64,000 bases of DNA, taken from positions 14,846-78,845 of the forward strand of contig JAZGFI010000090.1 of assembly GCA_036479435.1 (NCBI GenBank). Direction: 5' to 3'. A program made the translations under genes and the position numbers. The DNA comes from Planctomycetota bacterium. GTDB taxonomy: Bacteria > Planctomycetota > GCA-002687715 > DRQF01. Positions 1 to 8,934 of the stretch are shown here, piece after piece (positions within the stretch are counted from its first letter, which is position 1; every line of letters begins with the position of its first letter). Below the pieces are notes generated by a model. The model was not told where the DNA came from. It worked only from the letters and a program-made list of their open reading frames with translations, and made no database searches.

Positions 1-197
1 GGCAGTTTTTGGCGAAGCGATCGCTCTGCCTGGGCCAGGCGCTTGTTGGCGATTTCAATTGCCGTTGAGGTCGGCTGGCGTACTGGTTCTTGGGCGCAGA
101 TCGTCAGCGGCAGCACTAAGGCCAGGATGAGGAAAACTCCGATCTGGCATTTGCGGTGGTTCACGGCGGTTCGCTTTTGAGGGTGCAAAGAAAACAT
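1..197 (-). CDS. Hypothetical secreted/membrane protein, N-terminal part; gene continues beyond the window start
   Basis: Reverse-complement reading from ATG at 197-195 gives MFSLHPQKRTAVNHRKCQIGVFLILALVLPLTICAQEP... (hydrophobic signal/TM segment) with no stop before position 1. Not in the supplied ORF track because it is truncated. Confidence 0.3.
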   Translation of the reverse strand, partial: MFSLHPQKRTAVNHRKCQIGVFLILALVLPLTICAQEPVRQPTSTAIEIANKRLAQAERSLRQKL

Positions 198-315
198 GGC
201 TGTTGTTGGGTTTCCAGGGCCTATCGCAAAAGAAGCTTGATCTGCTTTCAAAACCAAGATTCGAATTCGGTTAAGTTGTGCACGGATCTCACCACGCCGA
301 GGCAAGAGGTGGAAG

Positions 316-1485
316 ATGAAACGTCGAAATTTGTTCAAGAACACGGCCGCCGCACTGGGAGCGGGCGTGGCCGGCTCGCGAGCCTGGACCGGACTTGCTG
401 AAGAGAGTGAGAGCATGATCAACGAGGTCTTAAAAACCGGTCCGGTCAAATTCACACGCGATAACTTGGACCTTGAGCCTGCGGAGTACGCGTCGTTGTT
501 GGCGACATTGGCCAAGGCGCCAGGAATTGCGAGCGACTCCTATTCCTTGGGCGGGGTGGTCCAAGAACTGGAGCAAAAGATTGCGACGAGGCTTGGCAAA
601 GAAGCTGCGATCTTCATGCCGACGGGGACTTTGGCCAATCAGCTCGCGGTTACGGCGCAGAGTGGGCCAAAAAGTCGGCGCGTGCTGGCCTTAGCGAAGA
701 GTCATCTGTTCAACGACGCTGGGGATGGCACGCAAGCTTTAGGGGCCTTGTCGGTCATCCCAATCGGGGGGGAGGAAGCTACTTTCTCCTTGGAAGCGGT
801 GAAGGCAGAAGTCGCGCGCTGTGCGCAGAGCAAGGTGGCCCTTCGGATTGGAACGATTGCTATCGAATCGCCCGTTCGCCGTTGTGACAACCAGCGTTTT
901 GGTTTTGACGAACTAAAAAGCATCGCGACCTTCGCTCGTGAAGAAAAAATCGCCGTGCATTTGGACGGCGCCCGCCTGTTCATTGAGTCAGCCTACTCCG
1001 GCATCGACGTCGCCGAGTACGCGCGCCATTGCGATTCGGTTTACGTTTCACTCTACAAGTGTTTTCACTCGGCATCGGGCGCGGTGTTGGCGGGTCCGAG
1101 CTCAATGATTGAGGGCCTTTATCACCAACGGCGGATGTACGGCGGGGGCGTGCCGCAAGCCTGGCCCTATGCGGCGGTGGCGCTGGCCTTTGTGGACGGC
1201 ATGACGGAACGCCTGGGGTCGGCCGTCCAGGTTTTCGAGGACTTTAAGAAGGCTCTGAAGCCTAAGACCGATTTCCTATTCGAGCCGATCTCGAATGGTA
1301 CCAACGTCAGTTTACTGACCTTGCGTCGCGGGAACGCGCATTCGTTTCGGAGCAAACTCCGTGAACGCGACATTCACCTTCCCGCTCCGGATGCCAACAC
1401 TGGCGTCTTCAAGCTGAAGACGAACGAGACCCTAAACCGCTCGAACGCCAAAGACCTCGCCGAGGCTTTTGAATCCTGTCTTTGA
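316..1485 (+). CDS. PLP-dependent threonine aldolase-like enzyme (beta-eliminating lyase family) with Tat signal peptide
   Basis: N-terminus MKRRNLFKNTAAALGAGVAG is a twin-arginine signal. 'MPTGTLANQLAV' and 'HLDGARLF' match the threonine aldolase / aminotransferase class I-II fold-type motifs. Confidence 0.7.
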   Translation: MKRRNLFKNTAAALGAGVAGSRAWTGLAEESESMINEVLKTGPVKFTRDNLDLEPAEYASLLATLAKAPGIASDSYSLGGVVQELEQKIATRLGKEAAIFMPTGTLANQLAVTAQSGPKSRRVLALAKSHLFNDAGDGTQALGALSVIPIGGEEATFSLEAVKAEVARCAQSKVALRIGTIAIESPVRRCDNQRFGFDELKSIATFAREEKIAVHLDGARLFIESAYSGIDVAEYARHCDSVYVSLYKCFHSASGAVLAGPSSMIEGLYHQRRMYGGGVPQAWPYAAVALAFVDGMTERLGSAVQVFEDFKKALKPKTDFLFEPISNGTNVSLLTLRRGNAHSFRSKLRERDIHLPAPDANTGVFKLKTNETLNRSNAKDLAEAFESCL

Positions 1486-3451
1486 ATCCCGGAATCTGTC
1501 TTCATTCTCAACCAGGAAATCGACAACCGTGGTGACTCCCCACAAACTGAACGTTCGCCAATGCCTCGTCTTTGCGGCCACGATGTTCGCGCTGTTCGCG
1601 ACGACGGTGAGACTCGACGCTCAAAGCCGGCTCGCGATCATCGGGGGCACCCTCATCGATGTGAGTGATTTCGGCCGGTCTACAAAAGACCTGAAGGGCC
1701 AACTCATTCTCTGCGAGGACGGCAAGATCACCCGAGTCGGGCCGCTTGAAGGCATGGAGGTGCCCAAAGGCTTTGTGACGATCGACGCGCGCGGCAAGTA
1801 CATCGTGCCGGGTCTCGTCGATGGTTTCGCGGTCCTCAACAACCAGTCCTACGCTCAGGCTTACTTGGCGATGGGCGTGACCTCGATCCTGGGTGTCGGC
1901 GGTGGGCGGCGTGGCCCGATGTTTTTCGAAGCCGATCCAGGGCCCACGATTTATCCCTTGGAAGATGTAGGTTACGAGGAGAAGTCTTTAGACGATCACC
2001 TCGACCGCTTGCAGCAGATTGCCGATGAGGGGGCCAAAGTTGCCTTGCTCATGTATCGCTTGCCTCCGGCGAAGCTGCGGGCTTTGGCACAACGGGCTCG
2101 TGAGTTGGGCTTGGCGACCATCGGGGAACTCGCTCAAACGAAGTATTTGGAAGGGGCTGATTGCGGCATCGACGCTTTCGTTCACACCACGCGCTACAGC
2201 TTGGGCCTGGCGAGCGACGATCTTATCGCGGGCATCGCCCAAGAGCCCTTTAGTAACGGCCTCGCGAGTCCTAAGTGGCGTTACTACCGCTGGCTTTCCG
2301 AGCTTAAGGCCGGCGACGAGAGAATTGCCGCCTACGCCGGCAAGCTTGCGAAGTCGGGGGCGTTCTTGATTCCCACCGCAGGCCTTTTGTACTTGCATCA
2401 ACCGGAGGTTCGAAATCCCTGGACTTATCCCGTAGCCAAGCTCCTCGATGCGAAAGACATCAACAAACCCGCGGACAAAAAGACCGGCATCCCCGACTGG
2501 ACGCCCGCGCAGCTTGATTCCTACCGGGCCTTGGCGCGCGCCAGTGAGCACATTGAAAAAACCAATCGCGCGGCGGGATGTCGTTACCTCGCAGGCAGCG
2601 GTACCGACGTTTGGGGTACGATGCCGGGGATCAGTTTGCATACGGAACTGGAAGCGCTCGTCCGATTCGGCATGAACCCGCGGGAAGCACTCGCCGCGGC
2701 GACGTCGAACTTCGCTGCGGCTTACCGTTGGCATGAGCTGGGCGCAATTCAGCCGGGTTGCCGCGCCGATATCCTCATCCTCAACGAAGACCCCCGAAAA
2801 GATGTGAGAAACCTTCAGGCGATTCATCGTGTTGTCGCTAAGGGCGCGGTCCTTGATCCTAAAGTGCTGATGGAAAAGCCCGGTCTGAACAACGGGGTCA
2901 TTTTGGATTCGAATCCCTGGACTTGTCCTGAGCGATGGCGAAGAAAAGGCGACGACTACTTGGATTCAGTTTCGGTGACGAAGATGAGTTACCGAAGCAA
3001 CTCCCTCGAAGTAAAGGGCGTCATCGCGCAACCCCGCGCGCCGGGGAAATACCCTTGTGTGATTTACCTTCGGGGCGGCAACCGAGAATTTGGGCAGATC
3101 AACGACCGGAAGATTGCGCGCGGTCTCGCTCGGATCGCCAGCTGGGGCTACGCCGTCGTCGGGAGCCAGTATCGCGGCGTGGACGGTGGGACAGGTTTGG
3201 AGGAGTTCGGCGGGGTAGAGGTCAACGACGTTCTCAATCTCATTCGGCTGTTGGAAGGCTTACCCAAGGCTGATACTAAACGTATCGGCCTTTACGGCGG
3301 TAGCCGTGGCGGCATGATGTTGTACTTGGCCATGAAGGCTAGCGATCGTTTTTCTGGGGCTGTGGTGCGGGCTGGGCTGGCGGATCTCGATCGCTGGCGC
3401 CGCGAGCGGCCGGGCATCAAATCTGTTCTGCGGGAGTTTCCCGGGCTATGA
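1469..3451 (+). CDS. Amidohydrolase domain fused to S9 (prolyl oligopeptidase/dienelactone hydrolase-type) alpha/beta-hydrolase domain; reading frame disrupted near the 3' end
   Basis: N-terminal 'LAIIGGTLIDV...DGKITRVGP...IDARGKYIVPGLVDGFAVLN' is an amidohydrolase signature. C-terminal 'RIGLYGGSRGGMMLYLAM' is the GxSxG nucleophile elbow of S9 peptidases. A signal-like hydrophobic stretch (MFALFATTVRLDAQ) suggests the true start lies near 1583. Confidence 0.7.
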   Translation: MNPVFESRNLSSFSTRKSTTVVTPHKLNVRQCLVFAATMFALFATTVRLDAQSRLAIIGGTLIDVSDFGRSTKDLKGQLILCEDGKITRVGPLEGMEVPKGFVTIDARGKYIVPGLVDGFAVLNNQSYAQAYLAMGVTSILGVGGGRRGPMFFEADPGPTIYPLEDVGYEEKSLDDHLDRLQQIADEGAKVALLMYRLPPAKLRALAQRARELGLATIGELAQTKYLEGADCGIDAFVHTTRYSLGLASDDLIAGIAQEPFSNGLASPKWRYYRWLSELKAGDERIAAYAGKLAKSGAFLIPTAGLLYLHQPEVRNPWTYPVAKLLDAKDINKPADKKTGIPDWTPAQLDSYRALARASEHIEKTNRAAGCRYLAGSGTDVWGTMPGISLHTELEALVRFGMNPREALAAATSNFAAAYRWHELGAIQPGCRADILILNEDPRKDVRNLQAIHRVVAKGAVLDPKVLMEKPGLNNGVILDSNPWTCPERWRRKGDDYLDSVSVTKMSYRSNSLEVKGVIAQPRAPGKYPCVIYLRGGNREFGQINDRKIARGLARIASWGYAVVGSQYRGVDGGTGLEEFGGVEVNDVLNLIRLLEGLPKADTKRIGLYGGSRGGMMLYLAMKASDRFSGAVVRAGLADLDRWRRERPGIKSVLREFPGL

Positions 3452-3493
3452 CCCCCATGGCGACACAGGGCTCAAGGAGCGCTCCGTTGTTCA

Positions 3494-3754
3494 TTGGGCC
3501 GAAAAACTAAAAGTAAGGCGCCGATTCTGATCTTCCACGGTACGGCAGACTGGCGCATCCTCCCGGGGTCGAGTTTCGCCGCGGCGAAAGCGCTTCAACA
3601 ATGCCGACACCCCTATCGTTTAGTGATGCTCGAAGGCAGCGATCACAGTTTGAGTGAGCACGCCCGAGAGGTCTATGCTTCGACCAAGACCTGGTTGGAT
3701 AAGTACGTCCGCGACAAAGAGCCGAGCCCCGATTTGAAACCGCATGGCCGCTAA
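3494..3754 (+). pseudogene. C-terminal fragment of the same S9 peptidase domain (carries catalytic Asp/His region 'ILIFHGTADW ... GSDHSL')
   Basis: Same frame as 1469..3451 but separated by a TGA at 3449-3451. The alternative frame between 3440 and 3530 reads 'YDPHGDTGLKERSVVHWAEKLKV', the expected intervening peptidase sequence. This implies two compensating indels at homopolymers (ccccc, aaaaa), i.e. sequencing errors or a pseudogene. Confidence 0.55.
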
Positions 3755-3757
3755 CCT

Positions 3758-4207
3758 CTAGAGCCAGCGGCGGACCGATGCGCGGTAGTTGAAATAGGTC
3801 TCGCCGAAGTTTTTGAGGAGCACTTTTTCTTCGACCTGCACGAATCGCGTGCGGATGATGAGGAAAAAGATCGGCGGCACGACGAGCGGGCTGAGGCTTC
3901 CGAGGCCGATAGCGGCACCCGCAAGAATCGCCATCATCGCCAAGTACATCGGATTTCGGCTGAGTCGAAAAACCCCGCTGGTGACGAGGTGACTTGGAAT
4001 CCGAAAGGGGATGACCGTGGTGTGGTGACGCCGAAAAGTGAGCGCAGCCCAGAGGATGGTGGCAAGTCCCATTCCGATCGGAATCCAGCCCAGTTGATTC
4101 CAGGGAGCTCGGACGATGACGAGGATCGGCGCTAAGAAATTGAGAGCCACCATCGTGAGGAGGCTCGCCGCCAAGTACACCGGCGGGAGGATGCGACGTT
4201 TCTTCAT
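3758..4207 (-). CDS. Isoprenylcysteine carboxyl methyltransferase (ICMT)/phospholipid methyltransferase family membrane protein
   Basis: Multi-TM 149-aa protein with 'SGVFRLSRNPMYLAMM' and a C-terminal 'E..LL..FG..Y..Y', as in the ICMT/PEMT family. Confidence 0.7.
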   Translation of the reverse strand: MKKRRILPPVYLAASLLTMVALNFLAPILVIVRAPWNQLGWIPIGMGLATILWAALTFRRHHTTVIPFRIPSHLVTSGVFRLSRNPMYLAMMAILAGAAIGLGSLSPLVVPPIFFLIIRTRFVQVEEKVLLKNFGETYFNYRASVRRWL

Positions 4208-4508
4208 GGCAGTCTTAGAGTCCGACTAAAGGCTGATTTGGCGAAGGGAGAGAGGTTCGAAGCCCCGGTAGTACAACCGATGGGAAGGACGAGAGTCAGG
4301 TCAGGGGGTAGAGGAGGGAGGTGAGGAGGGAGGTGAGGAGGGAACTCTCGTGAGGCGCGGATTTACGGGACCATGTCAGTTGGGGGACGTTGTGATACAC
4401 CGCGCTGAAGGACGGCAGCACCGCCGGGGATCGAAAACTCTCAATTGCCAAAGAAGGAGCGAAAGGCATCAACCTAGGGCCAAAGGACCTAAGTGGAATC
4501 TCGTCGGA

Positions 4509-5102
4509 TTAAAACCGGCGGATGACTCCGATGACCACTCCTTGAATCTTCACTTCTGTCGCGGGACGAATGATGGCACTCATCGCCGCATTAGCCGGTT
4601 CGAGTCGCACGCGGTTGCCTTCTAAAAAGAAGTGCTTGAGCGTCGCCTCTTGGTCGCCGATGAGCGCGACGACGGTTTCGCCGTTGCGGGCCTGATCGCG
4701 CGATTCGCAAACGACGAGGTCGCCGTCTTGAATGTGTTCTTCGATCATCGAGTTGCCCTTCACCTCCAAGACGAAGACGTCTCGGTCGTCGGGGAAAAGG
4801 CCGTCGAAGTCGAAGCGCTCGCCGTTGTCGACGGCTTCAATGGGCATACCCGCGGCGATGCGACCGCAAAGACGGATGTCGGGCCAGCGGGTCTCAGCTT
4901 GGGTGTCGACCAATTCGATCGAGCGGGCGCGATTGCGTTCGGTGCGCAGCAAGCCTTTGGACTCGAGCGCCTTGATGTGCTCGCGGGCGGTGACGGAGCT
5001 GACGCCGAAGCGTTGACCGATTTCATCCAAAGTGGGGGCAAAGCCCATATCGCGGATGTGTTCGGCGACGAAGTCGTAAATCTTCGCCTGCTTGGGCGTC
5101 AT
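4509..5102 (-). CDS. lexA: LexA repressor (SOS regulator, S24 peptidase)
   Basis: N-terminal wHTH 'MTPKQAKIYDFVAEHIRDMGFAPTLDEIGQRFGVSSVTAREHIKALESKGLL' plus the C-terminal S24 autoprotease domain with 'GNSM' and 'K' (Ser/Lys dyad region 'VKGNSMIEEHIQDGDLVV'). Start at ATG 5102 with RBS AAGGTGG; the longer ORF-track version to 5174 is unlikely. Confidence 0.9.
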   Translation of the reverse strand: MTPKQAKIYDFVAEHIRDMGFAPTLDEIGQRFGVSSVTAREHIKALESKGLLRTERNRARSIELVDTQAETRWPDIRLCGRIAAGMPIEAVDNGERFDFDGLFPDDRDVFVLEVKGNSMIEEHIQDGDLVVCESRDQARNGETVVALIGDQEATLKHFFLEGNRVRLEPANAAMSAIIRPATEVKIQGVVIGVIRRF

Positions 5103-5444
5103 CGCCACCTTTAGAGCGCCCAGGCCAGGGCCATGAGGGCCGCGATGCCACAGGTCGTGAGCAGGTCTTGGCAAATGCGTCGGGTCATCGTCATGGCGTT
5201 CTCCAATCTTCAGATGCTTGGCGCCCTTAGGGCGCGGGATTCTCGCGGCCCAACCCTTCGAAAGGCCAAGAACCGCTTTCTATTTCCTCGCTGGCACTTT
5301 GGGAAAGGCCAAGGGTGGCAGCGAGAAAGGGATATTAGAGGGTGAGGGAGGGGAATGCAAGGGAGAAGTTAGGGTTTTGTTAGGGTCGACCGAAATCACC
5401 GGTCCCTTGCTTTTGCCGCGAGTGGGGATGGGCGAGAATGGGGC

Positions 5445-7058
5445 ATGCCAAGTAACTATCCACAGCTTTGGGATCCTACTCAGGTGTTCTACGAGGAGGT
5501 TCATACCGAAGTCCTCGTGATTGGCGGCGGTGTCGCCGGGTTTAGCGCGTCGATCGCCGCGGCGGCTGAAGGGGCCGAGGTATTATGCGTGACCAAGGAC
5601 ACGGCGACCTCGTCTAATACCTGGTGGGCGCAGGGCGGCGTGGCCGCGGTCTTAGGTGATGAAGACAGCTTCGAGTCTCACTGCGATGACACGCTGAAGA
5701 CGGGCCGTGGTCTGTCGCAACACGAGGCAGTCGAGGTCGTGGTTCGCGAGGGGCCTCAACGCATCGCCGAACTTTTGGAGTGGGGCGGTGCCTTTGATCT
5801 CGACCAGGATAATCGGCTCGATCTCACGCTTGAGGGTGGCCACAGTCACAAGCGCATCGTTCACGCGCGCGGCGATCAAACGGGTACGGAAGTTCAGGGC
5901 ACTCTCATTCGCAAAGTCCGGTCACTTCAAAACGTGACGTTGTGGGAGCACGGATTTGCCCTGGATCTACTCGTGGAAGGGGACCGCTGCGGTGGCGCCA
6001 TTGTTTGCCGAAATGGTGTTTACGTCTTGATACGCGCCAAGGCCGTAGTGATGGCGACGGGGGGAGCAGGGCAGCTTTACCGCGAGTCCACCAACCCGCC
6101 CATTGCGACCGCCGATGGATTGGGCATGGCTTTGCGCGCGGGGGCGGGATTACGCGACCTGGAGTTCGTGCAGTTTCATCCGACGACGCTCTACGTTGCG
6201 GGCTCGGCGCGTCAACTGATTACAGAAGCGGTTCGCGGTGAGGGCGGCTTGCTTCGTGACATGCGAGGCGAGCGGTTCATGGTCAATTACCATCCGGATG
6301 CCGAGCTTGCGCCGCGCGACGTGGTCTGCCGGGCCATTGTGCGCCACATGAAAGCCAACGGCGACAGCCACGTCTTCATTGACATCACGCACTTTGATCC
6401 GAAGTTCGTCGAGGAGCGTTTTCCGCGGCTCAGCCACATTTGTCAGATCTACAACTTGGACGTCACCAAAGACCTCATTCCGATTCACCCCAGTGTTCAC
6501 TACATGATGGGGGGCATCGAGGTCGATTTAGAGGGCCGAACTCAAGTGCAGGCTCTTTTCGCCTGCGGTGAAGTCGCATCGAGCGGCTTACACGGTGCGA
6601 ATCGGCTAGCCAGCAATTCTTTGTTGGAGGGCTTTGTCTTTGGCCGCCGGGCGGGCCGAGCCGCCGCGAACGAACCGCCGCTGACGCGGTCTTTGGATCT
6701 CCCGCCCTCCCCCGACTTTGGCCTCGACGGTAGCGTGATGAACGCTGGCGATATGTACAACAGCATCAAGAGCCTCATGTGGCGCGACGTCGGTATCGTT
6801 CGCGACGAAAGCTCTTTGCAATCCGCCGTCAAGCGACTCGAGGCTTGGTCGGCCTACGTCTTTCAGTGTGCTTTTCACGAACAGAAGGGCTGGGAGCTGG
6901 TAAACGTCTTGAGTGCAGCGGCAGGCGTGGCAAACTCGGCCTTGCGCCGCCGCGAGAGTCGCGGTGCCCATTTTCGAAGCGATTACCCCGAAACCGACGA
7001 CGCGAACTTTCTGTGTCATTCGGTCTATCCCTCCAAGGACAACTCCACCCATGGCTGA
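5445..7058 (+). CDS. nadB: L-aspartate oxidase
   Basis: FAD-binding 'VLVIGGGVAGFSASIAAA' and 'WAQGGVAAV'. The succinate dehydrogenase/fumarate reductase flavoprotein-type motifs 'RDLEFVQFHPT' and 'HYMMGGI...GLHGANRLASNSLLEG' are present. Length 537 aa. Confidence 0.9.
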   Translation: MPSNYPQLWDPTQVFYEEVHTEVLVIGGGVAGFSASIAAAAEGAEVLCVTKDTATSSNTWWAQGGVAAVLGDEDSFESHCDDTLKTGRGLSQHEAVEVVVREGPQRIAELLEWGGAFDLDQDNRLDLTLEGGHSHKRIVHARGDQTGTEVQGTLIRKVRSLQNVTLWEHGFALDLLVEGDRCGGAIVCRNGVYVLIRAKAVVMATGGAGQLYRESTNPPIATADGLGMALRAGAGLRDLEFVQFHPTTLYVAGSARQLITEAVRGEGGLLRDMRGERFMVNYHPDAELAPRDVVCRAIVRHMKANGDSHVFIDITHFDPKFVEERFPRLSHICQIYNLDVTKDLIPIHPSVHYMMGGIEVDLEGRTQVQALFACGEVASSGLHGANRLASNSLLEGFVFGRRAGRAAANEPPLTRSLDLPPSPDFGLDGSVMNAGDMYNSIKSLMWRDVGIVRDESSLQSAVKRLEAWSAYVFQCAFHEQKGWELVNVLSAAAGVANSALRRRESRGAHFRSDYPETDDANFLCHSVYPSKDNSTHG

Positions 7059-8331
7059 TTCCGAACGCGGCGCGGAGAAATCCAAAGTTGAAACGGCGAT
7101 TCTGGTCGGCTGTGGCACGGCGGATATTTCCAACGACCCCGACCTGAAGGTCTTAGATGAACTCGCGGAACTCGCCAAGACCGCCGATACCGAACCCATT
7201 GCGCGGGTCTATCAAAAACGAAGTCGCCCCGATACGGCGTTTTATGTCGGTAAGGGTAAAGCCGACGAAATCACCTCACTGCGCCGCGACGAAGAAGCCG
7301 ACGTCGTCATCTTTGACGTCGAACTAACGCCGCGTCAGCTCAGCAACCTCGAAGAGAAAATTGGCTGTCGCGTCCTCGATCGATCCGAAGTCATTATTGA
7401 CATCTTCGCCACCCACGCACGCAGCCAAGCCTCGCGCCTGCAGGTAGAGCTGGCACAACTTCGCTACACGCGCCCGCGCCTAAAACGCATGTGGACTCAC
7501 TTGTCTCGCATCGCGGGGCAGGGCGGAATCGGTAGTCGCGGTCCGGGTGAAAAGCAGATCGAGACCGACCGTCGCCTCATCGACCGGCGACTCAATCACC
7601 TCGAACAACAGCTCCAAGAGATCAAAGTCCGCAAAGAGCGCCAAGTCAAAACGCGCAGCGACGAACTCACGATGTCGCTCATTGGCTACACCAACGCTGG
7701 CAAATCCACGCTGATGAACTGCCTCACCGACGCGGCCGTTTTTCAGGCCGACATGCTGTTTGCAACTTTGGACACCAAGACCAGCGACTTCGAACTCCCG
7801 AGCGGGCAAAAAGTCTTGATCTCCGACACCGTCGGCTTCATCAAAAACCTGCCTCATCACCTGGTGGCGAGCTTTCACGCCACGCTCGAAGAAGTCCGCC
7901 AAGCCAAGTTACTTCTCCACGTCGTCGACGCCGCGAGCCCCGGTGTCAAAGAACGTATCGACACCGTACACCGGGTTCTCTACGACGAACTCAAAATCGG
8001 CGATCACGAAGAACTCGTCATCTTCAACAAGATCGACAGGGTCGAAGACGCCTCGGAAATAAACCTATTAAAGGGCCAATTCGACCACTTCATCGAAGTT
8101 TCCGCCAAGACCGGCGAGGGCATCGACAAACTCCTCGAAGCCATCACCGAGTTCGCCGATCGCGACCGCAAAGTCCTCAACCTCTCCATCCCCGCTGGCG
8201 ACGGCAAGACCCTCGCCGAGCTCAACCGCGTCGGCGAAATCCTCGACCAGGAGTACATCGAAGACTCCGTCCGCATCCGAGTGCGCCTAGCTCTCGAACA
8301 TGTCAGCCGTTTCGAGGCTTTCGCGGGCTAA
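7051..8331 (+). CDS. hflX: GTPase HflX
   Basis: HflX N-domain 'GGIGSRGPGEKQIETDRRLI', G1 'GYTNAGKST', G3 'DTVGF', and 'NLPHHLVASFHATLEE'. ATG at 7051 overlaps the nadB stop (ATGGCTGA). Confidence 0.9.
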   Translation: MADSERGAEKSKVETAILVGCGTADISNDPDLKVLDELAELAKTADTEPIARVYQKRSRPDTAFYVGKGKADEITSLRRDEEADVVIFDVELTPRQLSNLEEKIGCRVLDRSEVIIDIFATHARSQASRLQVELAQLRYTRPRLKRMWTHLSRIAGQGGIGSRGPGEKQIETDRRLIDRRLNHLEQQLQEIKVRKERQVKTRSDELTMSLIGYTNAGKSTLMNCLTDAAVFQADMLFATLDTKTSDFELPSGQKVLISDTVGFIKNLPHHLVASFHATLEEVRQAKLLLHVVDAASPGVKERIDTVHRVLYDELKIGDHEELVIFNKIDRVEDASEINLLKGQFDHFIEVSAKTGEGIDKLLEAITEFADRDRKVLNLSIPAGDGKTLAELNRVGEILDQEYIEDSVRIRVRLALEHVSRFEAFAG

Positions 8332-8434
8332 GTTTCAGACCGGAATTCGTAGAGACAAACCAAAGTGTGGGTGTAGTGGTTCAGGTAGCGGTTGAGTTTG
8401 GGCTAGCGCAGGTGGCGAGCCCAGCGGAGGAGCT

Positions 8435-8818
8435 TTGGGCGAGGTTTTTCTAAGACCACGAGCTCGAGGATTTCGAGCTGGTGGCGTTCAGCTTGGCCCA
8501 CACCGGGCTCCCCTCCGGCATCGCTCGTCGAAGCTGAGGCGGCAGCGGGGCGAGAGCGCCGCGGCTCTCGCGGACTTTCTGCGTGGCTCTGGCGGCGCCA
8601 GCGCTGACCTGTCGAATCTAACTCCCGAGGAGCGCAGGTCGCTGCAGCGTTCTTGTGGTGACAACAACAAGCTCAACACCGATTACGACTTCTATAGCGC
8701 CGGTCTCGATAGAGTGACGGAACCCAACGTTACCGCATGGCCGAGTGCTGACGACATCCTGCGCGCTAAGAACGGTTTGTTCTTTGGCACGGTCGAAGAG
8801 CTGTTGAGACAATACTGA
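8435..8818 (+). CDS. Hypothetical protein (doubtful ORF between hflX and the terminator)
   Basis: Only ORF-track support. Composition is Arg/Gly-rich with no recognisable motif. Lies upstream of a bidirectional terminator at 8844-8912. Confidence 0.2.
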   Translation: MGEVFLRPRARGFRAGGVQLGPHRAPLRHRSSKLRRQRGESAAALADFLRGSGGASADLSNLTPEERRSLQRSCGDNNKLNTDYDFYSAGLDRVTEPNVTAWPSADDILRAKNGLFFGTVEELLRQY

Positions 8819-8843
8819 TACCGTTTTTCCTTGCTCGAAAGCT

Positions 8844-8912
8844 GCGGCCGAGCCTTGACTGCAAATGAAAAGACCCCTCGGCCGCCATGGCGATCGAAGG
8901 GTCTTTTGCTGT
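8844..8912. terminator. Nested hairpins (GCGGCCGAG/CTCGGCCGC and AAAGACCC/GGGTCTTT) followed by T-run; bidirectional terminator between convergent genes
   Basis: Perfect 9-bp and 8-bp inverted repeats read directly from the sequence. 'TTTTGCTGTTTG' follows on the + strand and 'TCATTT' on the - strand. Confidence 0.5.
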
Positions 8913-8934
8913 TTGCCAATTGGGCCGAGAGCGC

